Source: a virus
Length of the DNA: 64,000 bases
Strand: one strand, 5' to 3'
Virus record (IMG/VR): IMGVR_UViG_3300022680_000058
Coordinates: 32,001 to 96,000 of that record
The notes beneath the pieces are model-generated. The model was not told the DNA's origin and did not search any database. It worked only from the letters and a program-made list of their open reading frames with translations. The position numbers and the translations under genes are program-made. Shown here one piece after another: positions 36,323-45,142 of the stretch. Position 1 is the stretch's first letter, and the number at the start of each line of letters is the position of its first letter.

Positions 36323-36783
36323 TCATCGCCTTCGTCATCGCCCGGCTCAATGATGGCCGCATACTTGTTTGGCTTCTCGATTATCGAAGCTTCATCGACC
36401 ATGCTGCCAAACGAACGAATGATGACAGCCGAGACACTATCTCTGATCGTGCCGCCCAACACACTCTCAGAGCTCATGATGATACAGTTCCTCAACCAAG
36501 CATCGACAAGGGACTCGTCATTCCTGTTCCCAAGGAACCGCTCCAGGTAGAGGTGGACGATGTTATATCCCACCAGCTCGACGAACCTCTCCGTGAAGGT
36601 GCACTCGAAAAACTCCGTGGATGACCTACCATCGAGATCAAGCTCCAAAACACCCTTCTCGGCGAGGGCCTTCGCCACCCTCTTGTCTTCCGGGTGGAGC
36701 TCCACACTCGAACTGAAGTCCCCCTCAGAGTCACGGATCAGCTCACAGAGCATGTTGTGTTGTGCTTTCGTAAGGTTTATCAC
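36316..36783 (-). CDS. Hypothetical protein (winged-helix-like N-terminus)
   Basis: LTKAQ..RVAKALAEKGVL. Confidence 0.55.
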   Translation of the reverse strand: MINLTKAQHNMLCELIRDSEGDFSSSVELHPEDKRVAKALAEKGVLELDLDGRSSTEFFECTFTERFVELVGYNIVHLYLERFLGNRNDESLVDAWLRNCIIMSSESVLGGTIRDSVSAVIIRSFGSMVDEASIIEKPNKYAAIIEPGDDEGDEW

Positions 36784-36786
36784 AGC

Positions 36787-37164
36787 TCACCTCTCTCTCG
36801 ACGCCATGTCGTGTCCGAAGAAAATCGAATGGTTCACAAGAGCATTTGTGAAGTCAGAGAGCTTCAGCTTGCGCGCCATCCTTTTCTCGAAACATTTGGC
36901 GTGCAGGATCTCCTTCTTCCCAGCGAACTCATTCCACAGCTCATCGTTGACGTGGAAAAGCCAATCGATCACCTCCCCGCAGTCATCACACTCAGCCACG
37001 CCAGGGGCGTACTTGAACATGTTGCTCTCGTCCTCAGGCATGATCTCGAATCTGATGGAGAACTTCTCCACCCCAAGCTTGTGGGCGATGACCACCACGA
37101 AGAAGAGAAAGTCAACAATCTTCTGGTTCTTCGGTGTCCACCTGATCTGCTTTACGTACTTCAT
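36787..37164 (-). CDS. Hypothetical protein with CxxC..HxxC
   Basis: CDDC..FHVNDELW..LHAKCFEKRM..DF. Confidence 0.6.
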   Translation of the reverse strand: MKYVKQIRWTPKNQKIVDFLFFVVVIAHKLGVEKFSIRFEIMPEDESNMFKYAPGVAECDDCGEVIDWLFHVNDELWNEFAGKKEILHAKCFEKRMARKLKLSDFTNALVNHSIFFGHDMASRER

Positions 37165-37225
37165 CCTGCTCCAACTCCTCGTTGAAGAACCTGTTCACGG
37201 CATCCATGAGCCCGATCAGGCATGC

Positions 37226-37981
37226 TCACACTTCAATCCCGGTGTAGTCATCCTGAGAGATGAACTGCTGCTCGATGGATGCTAGAACGCCGCCCACCGC
37301 ATCCCACACGACACCATGTGGAGCTCCATAGAGACCCCTGAACTCTCCATCCAAGGCGCCAGGACAGAGAGCCGCCTTGATGCGAGACTCACCAGCCGCT
37401 GCCACAAGCCGCTGCTGGTTCTGAGCGAGACCCCGAACACTCCAGGGCAGGACGTGATCGATCTCGCCGTCGAGAGCTCTCAAAAACTGGGGACTCTGGT
37501 AGGGCGTCATCGACACATGACCCTCGACGTCGAACCCAGCATCACACATGGTCCAGAAGGCATTGACGACCCACTCTCCCACGTCACCCGGAGACCCCGT
37601 ATAGCAGTGGATCGGGGCAATCAGATCGAACTCCACCTTGGGCATGGAGACTGACGCCGTCCCCACGACAGCACCGTTCTCTGTTGTGGGTCTATCGACC
37701 TGTGTCGTCCCGTGGAGGTGCCCCATGGCGAGCACAGTCCAGTTCCCCGTGTGTGTCGCAGAGATACAGGTGTGCCGCTCCCAGCACCCCGCCCGAGCCG
37801 CCTGTCGATACCCATTCTTGAGCTTCACCGAGATACCCTCGACGTTGATGTCCGCCTCCTTGCCGAGGATCGGCTTGCTCAGCAAAGCACAGCGAGGTTG
37901 CCAGTCATCTTCACCCTCGAAAAGCTGATTCCAGATGATCTCGTTGGCACTCTCTTCCGGAACTCGTTGCTGTCTCTCCAT
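37226..37981 (-). CDS. Hypothetical protein
   Basis: Start MERQQRV after GAGGAG; the frame continues past its TGA. Confidence 0.6.
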   Translation of the reverse strand: MERQQRVPEESANEIIWNQLFEGEDDWQPRCALLSKPILGKEADINVEGISVKLKNGYRQAARAGCWERHTCISATHTGNWTVLAMGHLHGTTQVDRPTTENGAVVGTASVSMPKVEFDLIAPIHCYTGSPGDVGEWVVNAFWTMCDAGFDVEGHVSMTPYQSPQFLRALDGEIDHVLPWSVRGLAQNQQRLVAAAGESRIKAALCPGALDGEFRGLYGAPHGVVWDAVGGVLASIEQQFISQDDYTGIEV

Positions 37982-38193
37982 CTCCTCAACCCTCCTTCTC
38001 GCTCTCGTTGATATCGAATGACGTCTTGGCAAAGATTTCGTGGGCATCCGTGTCAGAGCAACCCCCCCAAGTAGCACCTAAAAACTCTTCGATAACATGT
38101 TTTGTGAGCAAACTGATGCTGTTGAGAACTCCACCCACAAGCATCTCCTTCGCCTTTATTCTCACACAGGATAAGTCTGTCAGTAATGAAAGT

Positions 38194-38216
38194 AAAGATC
38201 TCAAGTTGAGATCTTT
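38194..38216. repeat. Perfect inverted repeat (11 bp arms)
   Basis: AAAGATCTCAA-G-TTGAGATCTTT in an AT-rich intergenic region. Confidence 0.85.
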
Positions 38217-38231
38217 GATAGGTGGGAAAAG

Positions 38232-39935
38232 CTACTTGACAAGTCCGTGTTGCTTGAGGGCTCGGACGAACATGTTCCAGTCCTTCGTCCCGCCGATGGC
38301 ATCCATGATCTCAGCCTTGGTTGCCCCGGCTGCTGCCGCCGCGTCGGTCGCCTTCTTGATGGTCTTCAAGTCATCCTTGCTGACGTCGAGCTTCCAGATG
38401 ACATCGAGAGCTTTCTTGTAGCTCTTCTTGCCCTCGGTGAGCTCCTCACCGTAACTCTCATCGCTCTCGACCAAACCGGCCTTTTTGAGGGCTCGAACGA
38501 ACGTGTTCCAGTCCTTCGTCCCGCCGATGGCATCCATGATCTCAGCCTTGGTTGCACCAGCCGCTGCCGCTGCATCCGTAGCCTTCTTGATGGTCTTCAG
38601 ATCATCTTTGCCAACTTCGAGCTTCCAGATGACATCGAGAGCTTTCTTGTAGCTCTTCTTGCCCTCGGTGAGCTCCATGAGCGGGTCTCCCCCGGCTCGC
38701 TCCTCGTCTTCGTTCATCTTCTTGTGGTATTTCGAGGCGCGAGACATCGCCGAGCGATACTCTTTGGCGGTGAGCCCTGGGGCCTTCTCGACAGAGGGGG
38801 TCATCATCTTCCCCTCGTTGGTTCCGACGTGAACCGTCACACCGCGCCCGCCGACGTCGACCACATAGATATGATCCCGATATCGTCCAGTCTTCTGATC
38901 GGTCCGAACAAAGGTGACGCCCTTCCCCTTGGCCTCACCGAGCATATCCATCTCTCTGAAGATCTGAACCGTGGCATTCCACCTGTCAGCACCTCCGACA
39001 GCTCCGATGACGTCATCACGACTGTTACCAGCCCTGAGCGCCGCATCGATGGATTCCTTCAGCTCGCCGGGGTCGTTCCCCTGGAACATCGCCCTGTTGA
39101 CTCTCTCCAGTGTTGGATTCACGTTTCCCTCCTGAATGGCAGCCCTTCCAGCGCTCGTGATCTTCCACCTGTCGGCGCCTGGGGCGGTCCTCACGACGAG
39201 ACCGGCCTGCTCCATGACTGCCAGTTCTCGACGAACAACATTCTTGCTGACGCCAGAGCTTTCCGCAATGGACGTCGCCATCAAAGTTTCTTTGACACCC
39301 TTAGCGAACACCGACAAGATCGTGCCGATGTTTGTTGCCTCGGCTCCTCGCTCGTCCTGCTCGTGCATCCGAGGAGACGCCATGTCCGAGATGCTCTCAG
39401 CCTCCCGTTTGGCATCGAACATGAGATTCGCCATCTTGGCCAGGTAGCCCTTGTCTGGACCAGGAAGAGCATCACGAGACATTCTCTGGTAGTTGACTCC
39501 AGCAGAATTGAACCCGATGGCGATGGAAGCCATGAGCGAGGCGAACTCTTTTTGGTTCCTCGGCGCCACGACCCGAGGATGTGACGTGGCATCCATCGGG
39601 ACGTGTTTTTGCAGCATTTTCACGAGTTTTTGTGTTGGTCTCCTGACCATTGAGTCCGGAGAAGAGGCATTGAGAGCGACGGTGAGAGCATTGTAGACGT
39701 CAGCAAAGACCGACCTGGGCTCCGTTCCGGTAAAACTCCAGGACTCAGAAAGTTTATGTATGGGTGTTCTCTCATCGTTCTCTGCTGCATCCAGCCAGAA
39801 CGCGAGCGAGTTGAGTCTATCCTCCGGGGTAACTCCTTCGAGAGCGTACCTACCGTTGGCTTTACCCAGCTCCATCCTGAGCAGGTCTTCTATGATGGGG
39901 AACTCTTGTTCTTCTTGGTGTTGATGTTGTGCCAT
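38232..39935 (-). CDS. Modular polyprotein-like protein with a winged helix and tandem repeats
   Basis: Start MAQHQH; modules separated by LSE/MHE/IQE/LGE/MNE/LTE/LVE sites. Confidence 0.7.
   Translation of the reverse strand: MAQHQHQEEQEFPIIEDLLRMELGKANGRYALEGVTPEDRLNSLAFWLDAAENDERTPIHKLSESWSFTGTEPRSVFADVYNALTVALNASSPDSMVRRPTQKLVKMLQKHVPMDATSHPRVVAPRNQKEFASLMASIAIGFNSAGVNYQRMSRDALPGPDKGYLAKMANLMFDAKREAESISDMASPRMHEQDERGAEATNIGTILSVFAKGVKETLMATSIAESSGVSKNVVRRELAVMEQAGLVVRTAPGADRWKITSAGRAAIQEGNVNPTLERVNRAMFQGNDPGELKESIDAALRAGNSRDDVIGAVGGADRWNATVQIFREMDMLGEAKGKGVTFVRTDQKTGRYRDHIYVVDVGGRGVTVHVGTNEGKMMTPSVEKAPGLTAKEYRSAMSRASKYHKKMNEDEERAGGDPLMELTEGKKSYKKALDVIWKLEVGKDDLKTIKKATDAAAAAGATKAEIMDAIGGTKDWNTFVRALKKAGLVESDESYGEELTEGKKSYKKALDVIWKLDVSKDDLKTIKKATDAAAAAGATKAEIMDAIGGTKDWNMFVRALKQHGLVK
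38255..38676 (-). repeat. Tandem duplication, period 231 bp
   Basis: ccctcggtgagctcc at 38431 and 38662; encodes LTEGKKSYKKALDVIWKL..GGTKDWN twice. Confidence 0.9.
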
Positions 39936-40017
39936 TGGGTTGTATCCTTTTCGCCCCCGATTTTTGGTTACAGGGTGAAGCCGTAGGATACATTCTACAC
40001 TATGGGCACCAGAGTTG

Positions 40018-40221
40018 TTAACGCAGTCTGCTGTGTGTCGCCCCGAGGATTCTCCGGAAGTCGTCACCAATGGCTTGGAAGTCACACCTCAAAGCTTCTT
40101 TTGTGGTGGTCCCACACAGAGAGACACGACTTCGCCGCCGCCGCCGCCGCCTTTTTGGCGTGAACTCAAACCCCTGACAAAAAACACTCAGGAACCCTCT
40201 CCAGAAGGCTTTCATGGTCAC
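40018..40221 (-). CDS. Small protein with a poly-Arg tract
   Basis: MKAFWRGFLSVF..KRRRRRRRS; (GCC)6 run on the plus strand. Confidence 0.5.
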   Translation of the reverse strand: MTMKAFWRGFLSVFCQGFEFTPKRRRRRRRSRVSLCGTTTKEALRCDFQAIGDDFRRILGATHSRLR

Positions 40222-40439
40222 TCCCAGTTCACGAGGTCTTCATCTTCGAGTTCGATAAGCATCCCGTGTCGTACAGGACATGGTGGGGCAGGTTTCACGC
40301 CCAGGATACAGTAGGGGTCCTCGCCCGTGTCCTCTTCCTCGTCACGAGGGGCACTACACCACCAGCCATCGTGCCAGAACGAGAACGGACAGCTCTCCGC
40401 ATCCTTGACCTTGATGTCTTTCTTCAGGTCTCCCATCAC
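40218..40439 (-). CDS. Small Cys-rich protein
   Basis: CPF..WC..YC..CP. Confidence 0.55.
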   Translation of the reverse strand: MMGDLKKDIKVKDAESCPFSFWHDGWWCSAPRDEEEDTGEDPYCILGVKPAPPCPVRHGMLIELEDEDLVNWE

Positions 40440-40451
40440 ACCAAGCCTGTC

Positions 40452-40694
40452 TCACGTCGAGGCGATAGCTTCCAGCTTTGACGACGCGACGGATAGATCC
40501 GCCCGCATCTGTTGAGGAGAAATCGACCTGATTTCGCTCACAGAGAGTTGTGGTGGTATCCCATCCGGGAACTCGTCAGTCTCCAGCCCCTGGCTATTGA
40601 CTGTTCTCGGCCTCTTGAGCTCATCGATGAGCCGCTCCAGGATCTCGATAGTCTGCTCCATTTCTTCGATGGCGAGCTCCCTGCTGATCAACAT
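40452..40694 (-). CDS. Hypothetical protein
   Basis: 80 aa coupled ORF. Confidence 0.5.
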   Translation of the reverse strand: MLISRELAIEEMEQTIEILERLIDELKRPRTVNSQGLETDEFPDGIPPQLSVSEIRSISPQQMRADLSVASSKLEAIAST

Positions 40695-41038
40695 CCGTCG
40701 CCCCCTTCCTCTGGGATTGACCCCAGGTAGCTCATGGAGTAGTTGGCACCCTGCTTCACAACCCCGAATCGCCCGTTGACGCGCCCCTTTTTCAGAGTGG
40801 TCGCCTCGACCATCTTGAGGAACTCAGAGACCTTCATCGGGTATCTGCCACCACTGAGCTCATCCACCAAATAGACGGTTACTGCCGAGCGCCCCCGAGA
40901 AAATCCCTCTACTCTCACGTTGAGGTCGAAAGTCGAGTCCGCTGGCAACGTGTCATGAGGAACGTAAATCCCCTCTCCAGCGTACTCCATAACGGAGCCA
41001 TTTTTACGAACCGGAATCTTCCACGCCTTCTTTGGCAT
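40688..41038 (-). CDS. Hypothetical phage protein
   Basis: GFSRGRSA..YPM..GRFGVVKQGANY. Confidence 0.6.
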   Translation of the reverse strand: MPKKAWKIPVRKNGSVMEYAGEGIYVPHDTLPADSTFDLNVRVEGFSRGRSAVTVYLVDELSGGRYPMKVSEFLKMVEATTLKKGRVNGRFGVVKQGANYSMSYLGSIPEEGGDGC

Positions 41039-43252
41039 CTACTCCTCCTTCGCAGCCAACTCGTCGATGAGCTCCTGTCCATACTCGATCTTGTCGGTCC
41101 TCTTGTCGATCGCCACAACACTCAGCCCTGTCAACCTCTCAAACTGGGCCAACCACTCACCGACCACCACCGACTTCATCCGGTCATGGAACGAACAGTA
41201 ATGGAGACAGATCAGACTCAGAGCATGCCCCTGACTGTGAGTCTCGCCGTCAAACTGAGCGAACTCCAAGGCCTCATCAACGGTCTTCGCCGAGTCCTTG
41301 TGAACCTGGAAGATATATCGACGCCAGTCCGCCTTTTCGGCCTTTTTCTTCTCGACCTCCTTCACAATGTCATCCGTGGGATCGGCACCGATCGTCTCCT
41401 CGTCATCAGGGTCAACCATCGCCTCTTCGAGGGGCTCCCCCTCTTTCAGCGGCTTGACCTTCGCAGGCTTCCCTGTCTTCAAGTGGCTCGTGTCACCCTT
41501 CCCTGGCTGGTCATCATCGTCCTTGTCATCCTTGGACGGCTTGGTGTCCCCAGCCCCATCCTTCTCGAAGGGCGGACCCTCGTTGTTGAACGCCTGATCC
41601 TTCTCCTTCTGCCGCTTCTCGCGAGCCTTCTTTGCCCTGGCTTCTTCGGCCTTTTTCTTGGCCACTCTGGCGGCGGTAGCGAGGTCTTGGGTGTTCATGT
41701 CCTTGGCAAGTTTGAACCACTTGTCCATGTTCCGCTTGTCGATCACCTCGACCAGCTCTTTGCTCTTGGTGTTGTACGAAATCACAGGACAGCAGAACCG
41801 TCCTGTCTCCGTTTCGAGGTGAACCAGAGGACCGTTGACATTAGCGAGCTCAATGGACCTCACAGGCACTGCGAAACCTTCTGAAATCACGGCGTAATGA
41901 TTGCTTGAGCGAATCATCTCTCGACCCCACGAGCCAAGAATCTCTTCCGCATCAAACTTACTGACGGTCACTATCCAAACGTCGTGATGAGGCTCATCTC
42001 TCTTTTGATGGTGGACACCGGCAAGCACCCCAAGACGAGTCAACAATGTCCGAATCTGGTACGCCAACCCTTGCGAGGTCGTGAGAACGATGTGTGTCCC
42101 CTTTTCAGACCTACTCCCGTCACCACCACAAAGACCACGAACAAAGGCCCTGACCTTTTCCTTGGGGAGACTATAGAACTCAGTCGGAATCCTCTTATGG
42201 TAAGCACCCTTGCCGAACCAATCATCAAACTGGACATCAACCCCATCGCCAGAAACCGTCACGCGGAAGCTCCCGGTGTGTTTTCCACCATTCTTCCTGA
42301 TCGAGTATTCATGGCCATGGAAAACGACCTCTGCCAACTCGGCAATGTGGTCCCTCTCCTCCTCAGCATCCTTTCCAAGACTGATCCTGAGCTGCCCACC
42401 ATAGGTGAACCCCTCTGTCACATACCAACCAGCAAACTCGAAGAACTCGTCATCCATACTCTCGAATTCACCAACGTCTGTTGGCTTCACAGCAGGGACC
42501 ACAAGCATGTCCCCCACGCACAGGTCCTCCGCGTTCACCCTCTCGATCTCATACTCAAAAGGCGCCTTATCCAAATGGGCTTCTCTCCTCTTCACCACCC
42601 CTTTTCTGATAACGTCAAATCCATGGCCTTCACTCGCCACCAAAGTCCCACACTTCACCACTTTGATTCTGTACCCCTCATCAAAGTTGAAGACCATGTT
42701 CTCGACGACCTTGGTCCAACCACCATTCTCGTCCATAATCACGTCACCAGGACCAACACTAAAGATCGGTTTCGATCCATTGATGGTCGTGATCGGGGTG
42801 TGCGGATCGAGGCACCAGCCGATTTCTTGAGCTCCCTGAAGGAGCTTCGGGTCTGCCCCCTGCTCAATACCGAACCACCACCAGACTCGCACAAGATACT
42901 TTGCCTTGCGGTAGTCGACCCCGAGAGCATCTTCCACATAGGTCTGGAACGAATCGTACTGTCCATCGAGATGTCGATAGAGGTTGTCCAGCTTCACCTC
43001 GTAAAGATGCCTCGCCAGCTCGAAGTAGGTCTCCTCGTACTGACGCATGAGATCAAGAATTCTCTCGTGAACTTTCATAGCTCTCGTCTGGTCAGACGAA
43101 AGCACCTCGGTTTTGAGAGCTCCCCCCTTGAGGGGTACCAGTGCCGAAGAATCGACGCTCGGGACATCGGGCTCATCCTTGGACTTCGAGCCCCTTTTCT
43201 TTGCCACTGGTGATCCGGTAGGTGGTGTTTGCCTCGCAGGTGTATCGGTCAT
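41039..43252 (-). CDS. Intein-containing protein of unknown function (DUF3102-like helical extein)
   Basis: Spliced extein reads YFELARHLYEVK..YDSFQTYVE..YRKAKYL..EIGW|TKSKEL. Confidence 0.75.
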   Translation of the reverse strand: MTDTPARQTPPTGSPVAKKRGSKSKDEPDVPSVDSSALVPLKGGALKTEVLSSDQTRAMKVHERILDLMRQYEETYFELARHLYEVKLDNLYRHLDGQYDSFQTYVEDALGVDYRKAKYLVRVWWWFGIEQGADPKLLQGAQEIGWCLDPHTPITTINGSKPIFSVGPGDVIMDENGGWTKVVENMVFNFDEGYRIKVVKCGTLVASEGHGFDVIRKGVVKRREAHLDKAPFEYEIERVNAEDLCVGDMLVVPAVKPTDVGEFESMDDEFFEFAGWYVTEGFTYGGQLRISLGKDAEEERDHIAELAEVVFHGHEYSIRKNGGKHTGSFRVTVSGDGVDVQFDDWFGKGAYHKRIPTEFYSLPKEKVRAFVRGLCGGDGSRSEKGTHIVLTTSQGLAYQIRTLLTRLGVLAGVHHQKRDEPHHDVWIVTVSKFDAEEILGSWGREMIRSSNHYAVISEGFAVPVRSIELANVNGPLVHLETETGRFCCPVISYNTKSKELVEVIDKRNMDKWFKLAKDMNTQDLATAARVAKKKAEEARAKKAREKRQKEKDQAFNNEGPPFEKDGAGDTKPSKDDKDDDDQPGKGDTSHLKTGKPAKVKPLKEGEPLEEAMVDPDDEETIGADPTDDIVKEVEKKKAEKADWRRYIFQVHKDSAKTVDEALEFAQFDGETHSQGHALSLICLHYCSFHDRMKSVVVGEWLAQFERLTGLSVVAIDKRTDKIEYGQELIDELAAKEE
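41771..42814 (-). mobile_element. Intein with LAGLIDADG endonuclease (348 aa)
   Basis: CLDPHTPI, block B ASEGHGF, FAGWYVTEG, FVRGLCGGDG, C-terminus VISYN|T. Confidence 0.88.
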
Positions 43253-43872
43253 TTCTGAAACTCCTTCTCCTTCACGGCTTCAAAGTCCCACAGATACCTC
43301 GCCACGACATAAGCATCCGCCTCATGGTCGTTCTCCAAGTCGAGGCCTAACCCCTCGGTGAGAACCTTCATGATGTCTTCTTTCGCCGCGTGTCCATAGT
43401 CAAAAAAGTGCTTTCTTCCCGTCGAAGGCGGAACAGGTACCACCAGAATATTCCTGGCCAACCAGAGGTGGACCTTCACATTGCCGCCAATCTCCCCGAT
43501 CTGATGCGCCTGATTCGCCTTCTGATAGGCGTACCCTTCCAAGGCAACATGCCGGACCTTAAAGTCCTTGGCGAGCTTCACGACGTCATTGGTGAGGTTG
43601 ATCAACCTCTCGACCTTTTGTGCCTCGGAAATGGGCGGGTCGTTCTTCTTCTTCCTGGCGAGAACGTAGTCCAGAGAGAATGTCCTTAAGAGACTCCCGT
43701 ACTCACTGAGGATGACAATTCCCGTATGCTGGAGAGACAAGTCGATCCCCATAACTTTTCCAGGCGTCCTCAAGCCCTGCACACTCGCAAGGACCGAACG
43801 TGCCGCGACCGTCATCTGGGCAGGCTGGGATTTCGAGCTCTTCTTTCGGGGCTTGGAAGACTTCCCGGACAT
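43249..43872 (-). CDS. ruvC: RuvC-like Holliday junction resolvase
   Basis: GIDLSLQHTG, ALEGY, IGEIGG, NDHEADA. Confidence 0.85.
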   Translation of the reverse strand: MSGKSSKPRKKSSKSQPAQMTVAARSVLASVQGLRTPGKVMGIDLSLQHTGIVILSEYGSLLRTFSLDYVLARKKKNDPPISEAQKVERLINLTNDVVKLAKDFKVRHVALEGYAYQKANQAHQIGEIGGNVKVHLWLARNILVVPVPPSTGRKHFFDYGHAAKEDIMKVLTEGLGLDLENDHEADAYVVARYLWDFEAVKEKEFQK

Positions 43873-44653
43873 TCCGCACCTCTTCTTTCTGCTTTCTGAC
43901 CCGATCACGATCGATCGTGAATGGATGCTCGATGATAGCCTTTTCGAGCTTCTTCTCCGTCAAGTCGACGTAGACGATCCTGGCTTTCTTCACGCCAGCC
44001 ATATCGCCGTACCAGGTCACCTGACTGACGTGGTCGTCATTCGGAGCATTCCGAATCCATCTCGCACTTCTGGTCGTCTTGATGTCCCAGATCTCCATGG
44101 TGTTTCCAGGGATGATGATCAAGCCATCAGTCAGCCCAGAGATTCTGAGGTCCAAGTTGTAAAGGAGCGGCTCTTCATAAATGAACCCACGGCGCCAGCT
44201 TGGAGTCATCCCGCAGAGCTCACACACGTCAGGCCTTACGATAGAAGATCTGACAGTGACCTTGTCCACAACGACCTCGCCGTGAGACGGAATCGGGACC
44301 TTGTCATCCTCATCAATCCCGTGGACGTGTCCGCACTCGGAGCACTTCCAGCCTCCGAGAATCCACTTCCCGTCGCCTCCCCACATGCTTTGGAGAAGAG
44401 TGTGGGCCGACGTTCCAGAGTCCATCGCCCACCGGCTATCCGGCATGAACTCATCGACGAGAGGAAGATCCATCTTCCACGCCATGGCATAGGCTCTCGG
44501 ACACATCTTCGACAGTTGGCTCGGAGAAAACCACATGTCCTGAGAAAGTCGCTTCTCTCTCCGTGTATAGAGCTGCTTCACGATGTACGGGGTCAAGAAG
44601 GCACCCTTCTCTCTGATACTCTTGACCTCCTTCAGAAGAGACCCGAGGGACAT
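43703..44653 (-). CDS. Cas4-like PD-(D/E)XK exonuclease
   Basis: SPSQL..CPRA..GTSAH..GLTDG..DIKT..QVTWY; C-terminal C..CEC. Confidence 0.8.
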   Translation of the reverse strand: MSLGSLLKEVKSIREKGAFLTPYIVKQLYTRREKRLSQDMWFSPSQLSKMCPRAYAMAWKMDLPLVDEFMPDSRWAMDSGTSAHTLLQSMWGGDGKWILGGWKCSECGHVHGIDEDDKVPIPSHGEVVVDKVTVRSSIVRPDVCELCGMTPSWRRGFIYEEPLLYNLDLRISGLTDGLIIIPGNTMEIWDIKTTRSARWIRNAPNDDHVSQVTWYGDMAGVKKARIVYVDLTEKKLEKAIIEHPFTIDRDRVRKQKEEVRNVREVFQAPKEELEIPACPDDGRGTFGPCECAGLEDAWKSYGDRLVSPAYGNCHPQ

Positions 44654-45051
44654 CAGACAAGCCTCCTAATCGCATCAGAGATACTCACCTTGGCATCCTC
44701 GACCAATCCATCGATGAACTCATCAACAGCCTCCCTACCGTGATACGCCTTGAGGTCTTCCAGTGCCTCAATCGAGAAGTTCTGAACGATGGTCAGCACC
44801 CCAGTTCCGTTCTCATCGACAGAGAGTGTCGCTCCCTTGGGAACCTTCCCGAATTCATCCCCCGCCATCAACTCCAAAACGGAGACATCTCCTCCCGTCG
44901 CCTTGCTGAGCGCCACCGCTGTCCTGAACGACGACTTCTCACCGTTCGAGATCCGGTAAACGGTTCCCTGACTCACATCGGCGTCCCTGGAAAGCTTCCC
45001 GAGACTGACATTGGTCCTCTCAGACCACCTCTTCAATGGGTTATCACTCAT
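44653..45051 (-). CDS. Cro / XRE-like HTH regulator
   Basis: SLGKLSRDADVSQGTVYRISNG..TAVALSKATGGDVSVLELM. Confidence 0.75.
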   Translation of the reverse strand: MSDNPLKRWSERTNVSLGKLSRDADVSQGTVYRISNGEKSSFRTAVALSKATGGDVSVLELMAGDEFGKVPKGATLSVDENGTGVLTIVQNFSIEALEDLKAYHGREAVDEFIDGLVEDAKVSISDAIRRLV

Positions 45052-45057
45052 CTGTCT

Positions 45058-45087
45058 TTTATAACCATTCAATTGCCACACATGCAA
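45058..45087 (-). promoter_or_regulatory. Putative promoter for the Cro-like gene (leaderless)
   Basis: TTGCAT-18bp-TATAAA, 6 nt before the ATG; the spacer holds a degenerate palindrome site (GGCAATTGAATGG). Confidence 0.45.
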
Positions 45088-45122
45088 CGTGAAATATTAC
45101 ATGTAGGCATATGTGCTGCAAA

Positions 45123-45140
45123 TGGGCAATTGATTGCCCA
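45123..45140. repeat. Conserved palindrome, copy 5
   Basis: TGGGCAATTGATTGCCCA between the two HTH genes. Confidence 0.9.
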
Positions 45141-45142
45141 CT

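Noticed and set aside
38255-38676. Diversity-generating retroelement TR/VR pair
   Set aside because: Both copies are in frame within one gene, differences are mostly synonymous and not adenine-specific, and no reverse transcriptase is present
40134-40151. (GCC)6 run as a phase-variation tract
   Set aside because: A triplet repeat keeps the frame; it simply encodes poly-Arg
43703-44653. CRISPR-Cas system suggested by the Cas4-like gene
   Set aside because: No repeat-spacer array or other cas genes seen; solo Cas4-like nucleases are common in phages
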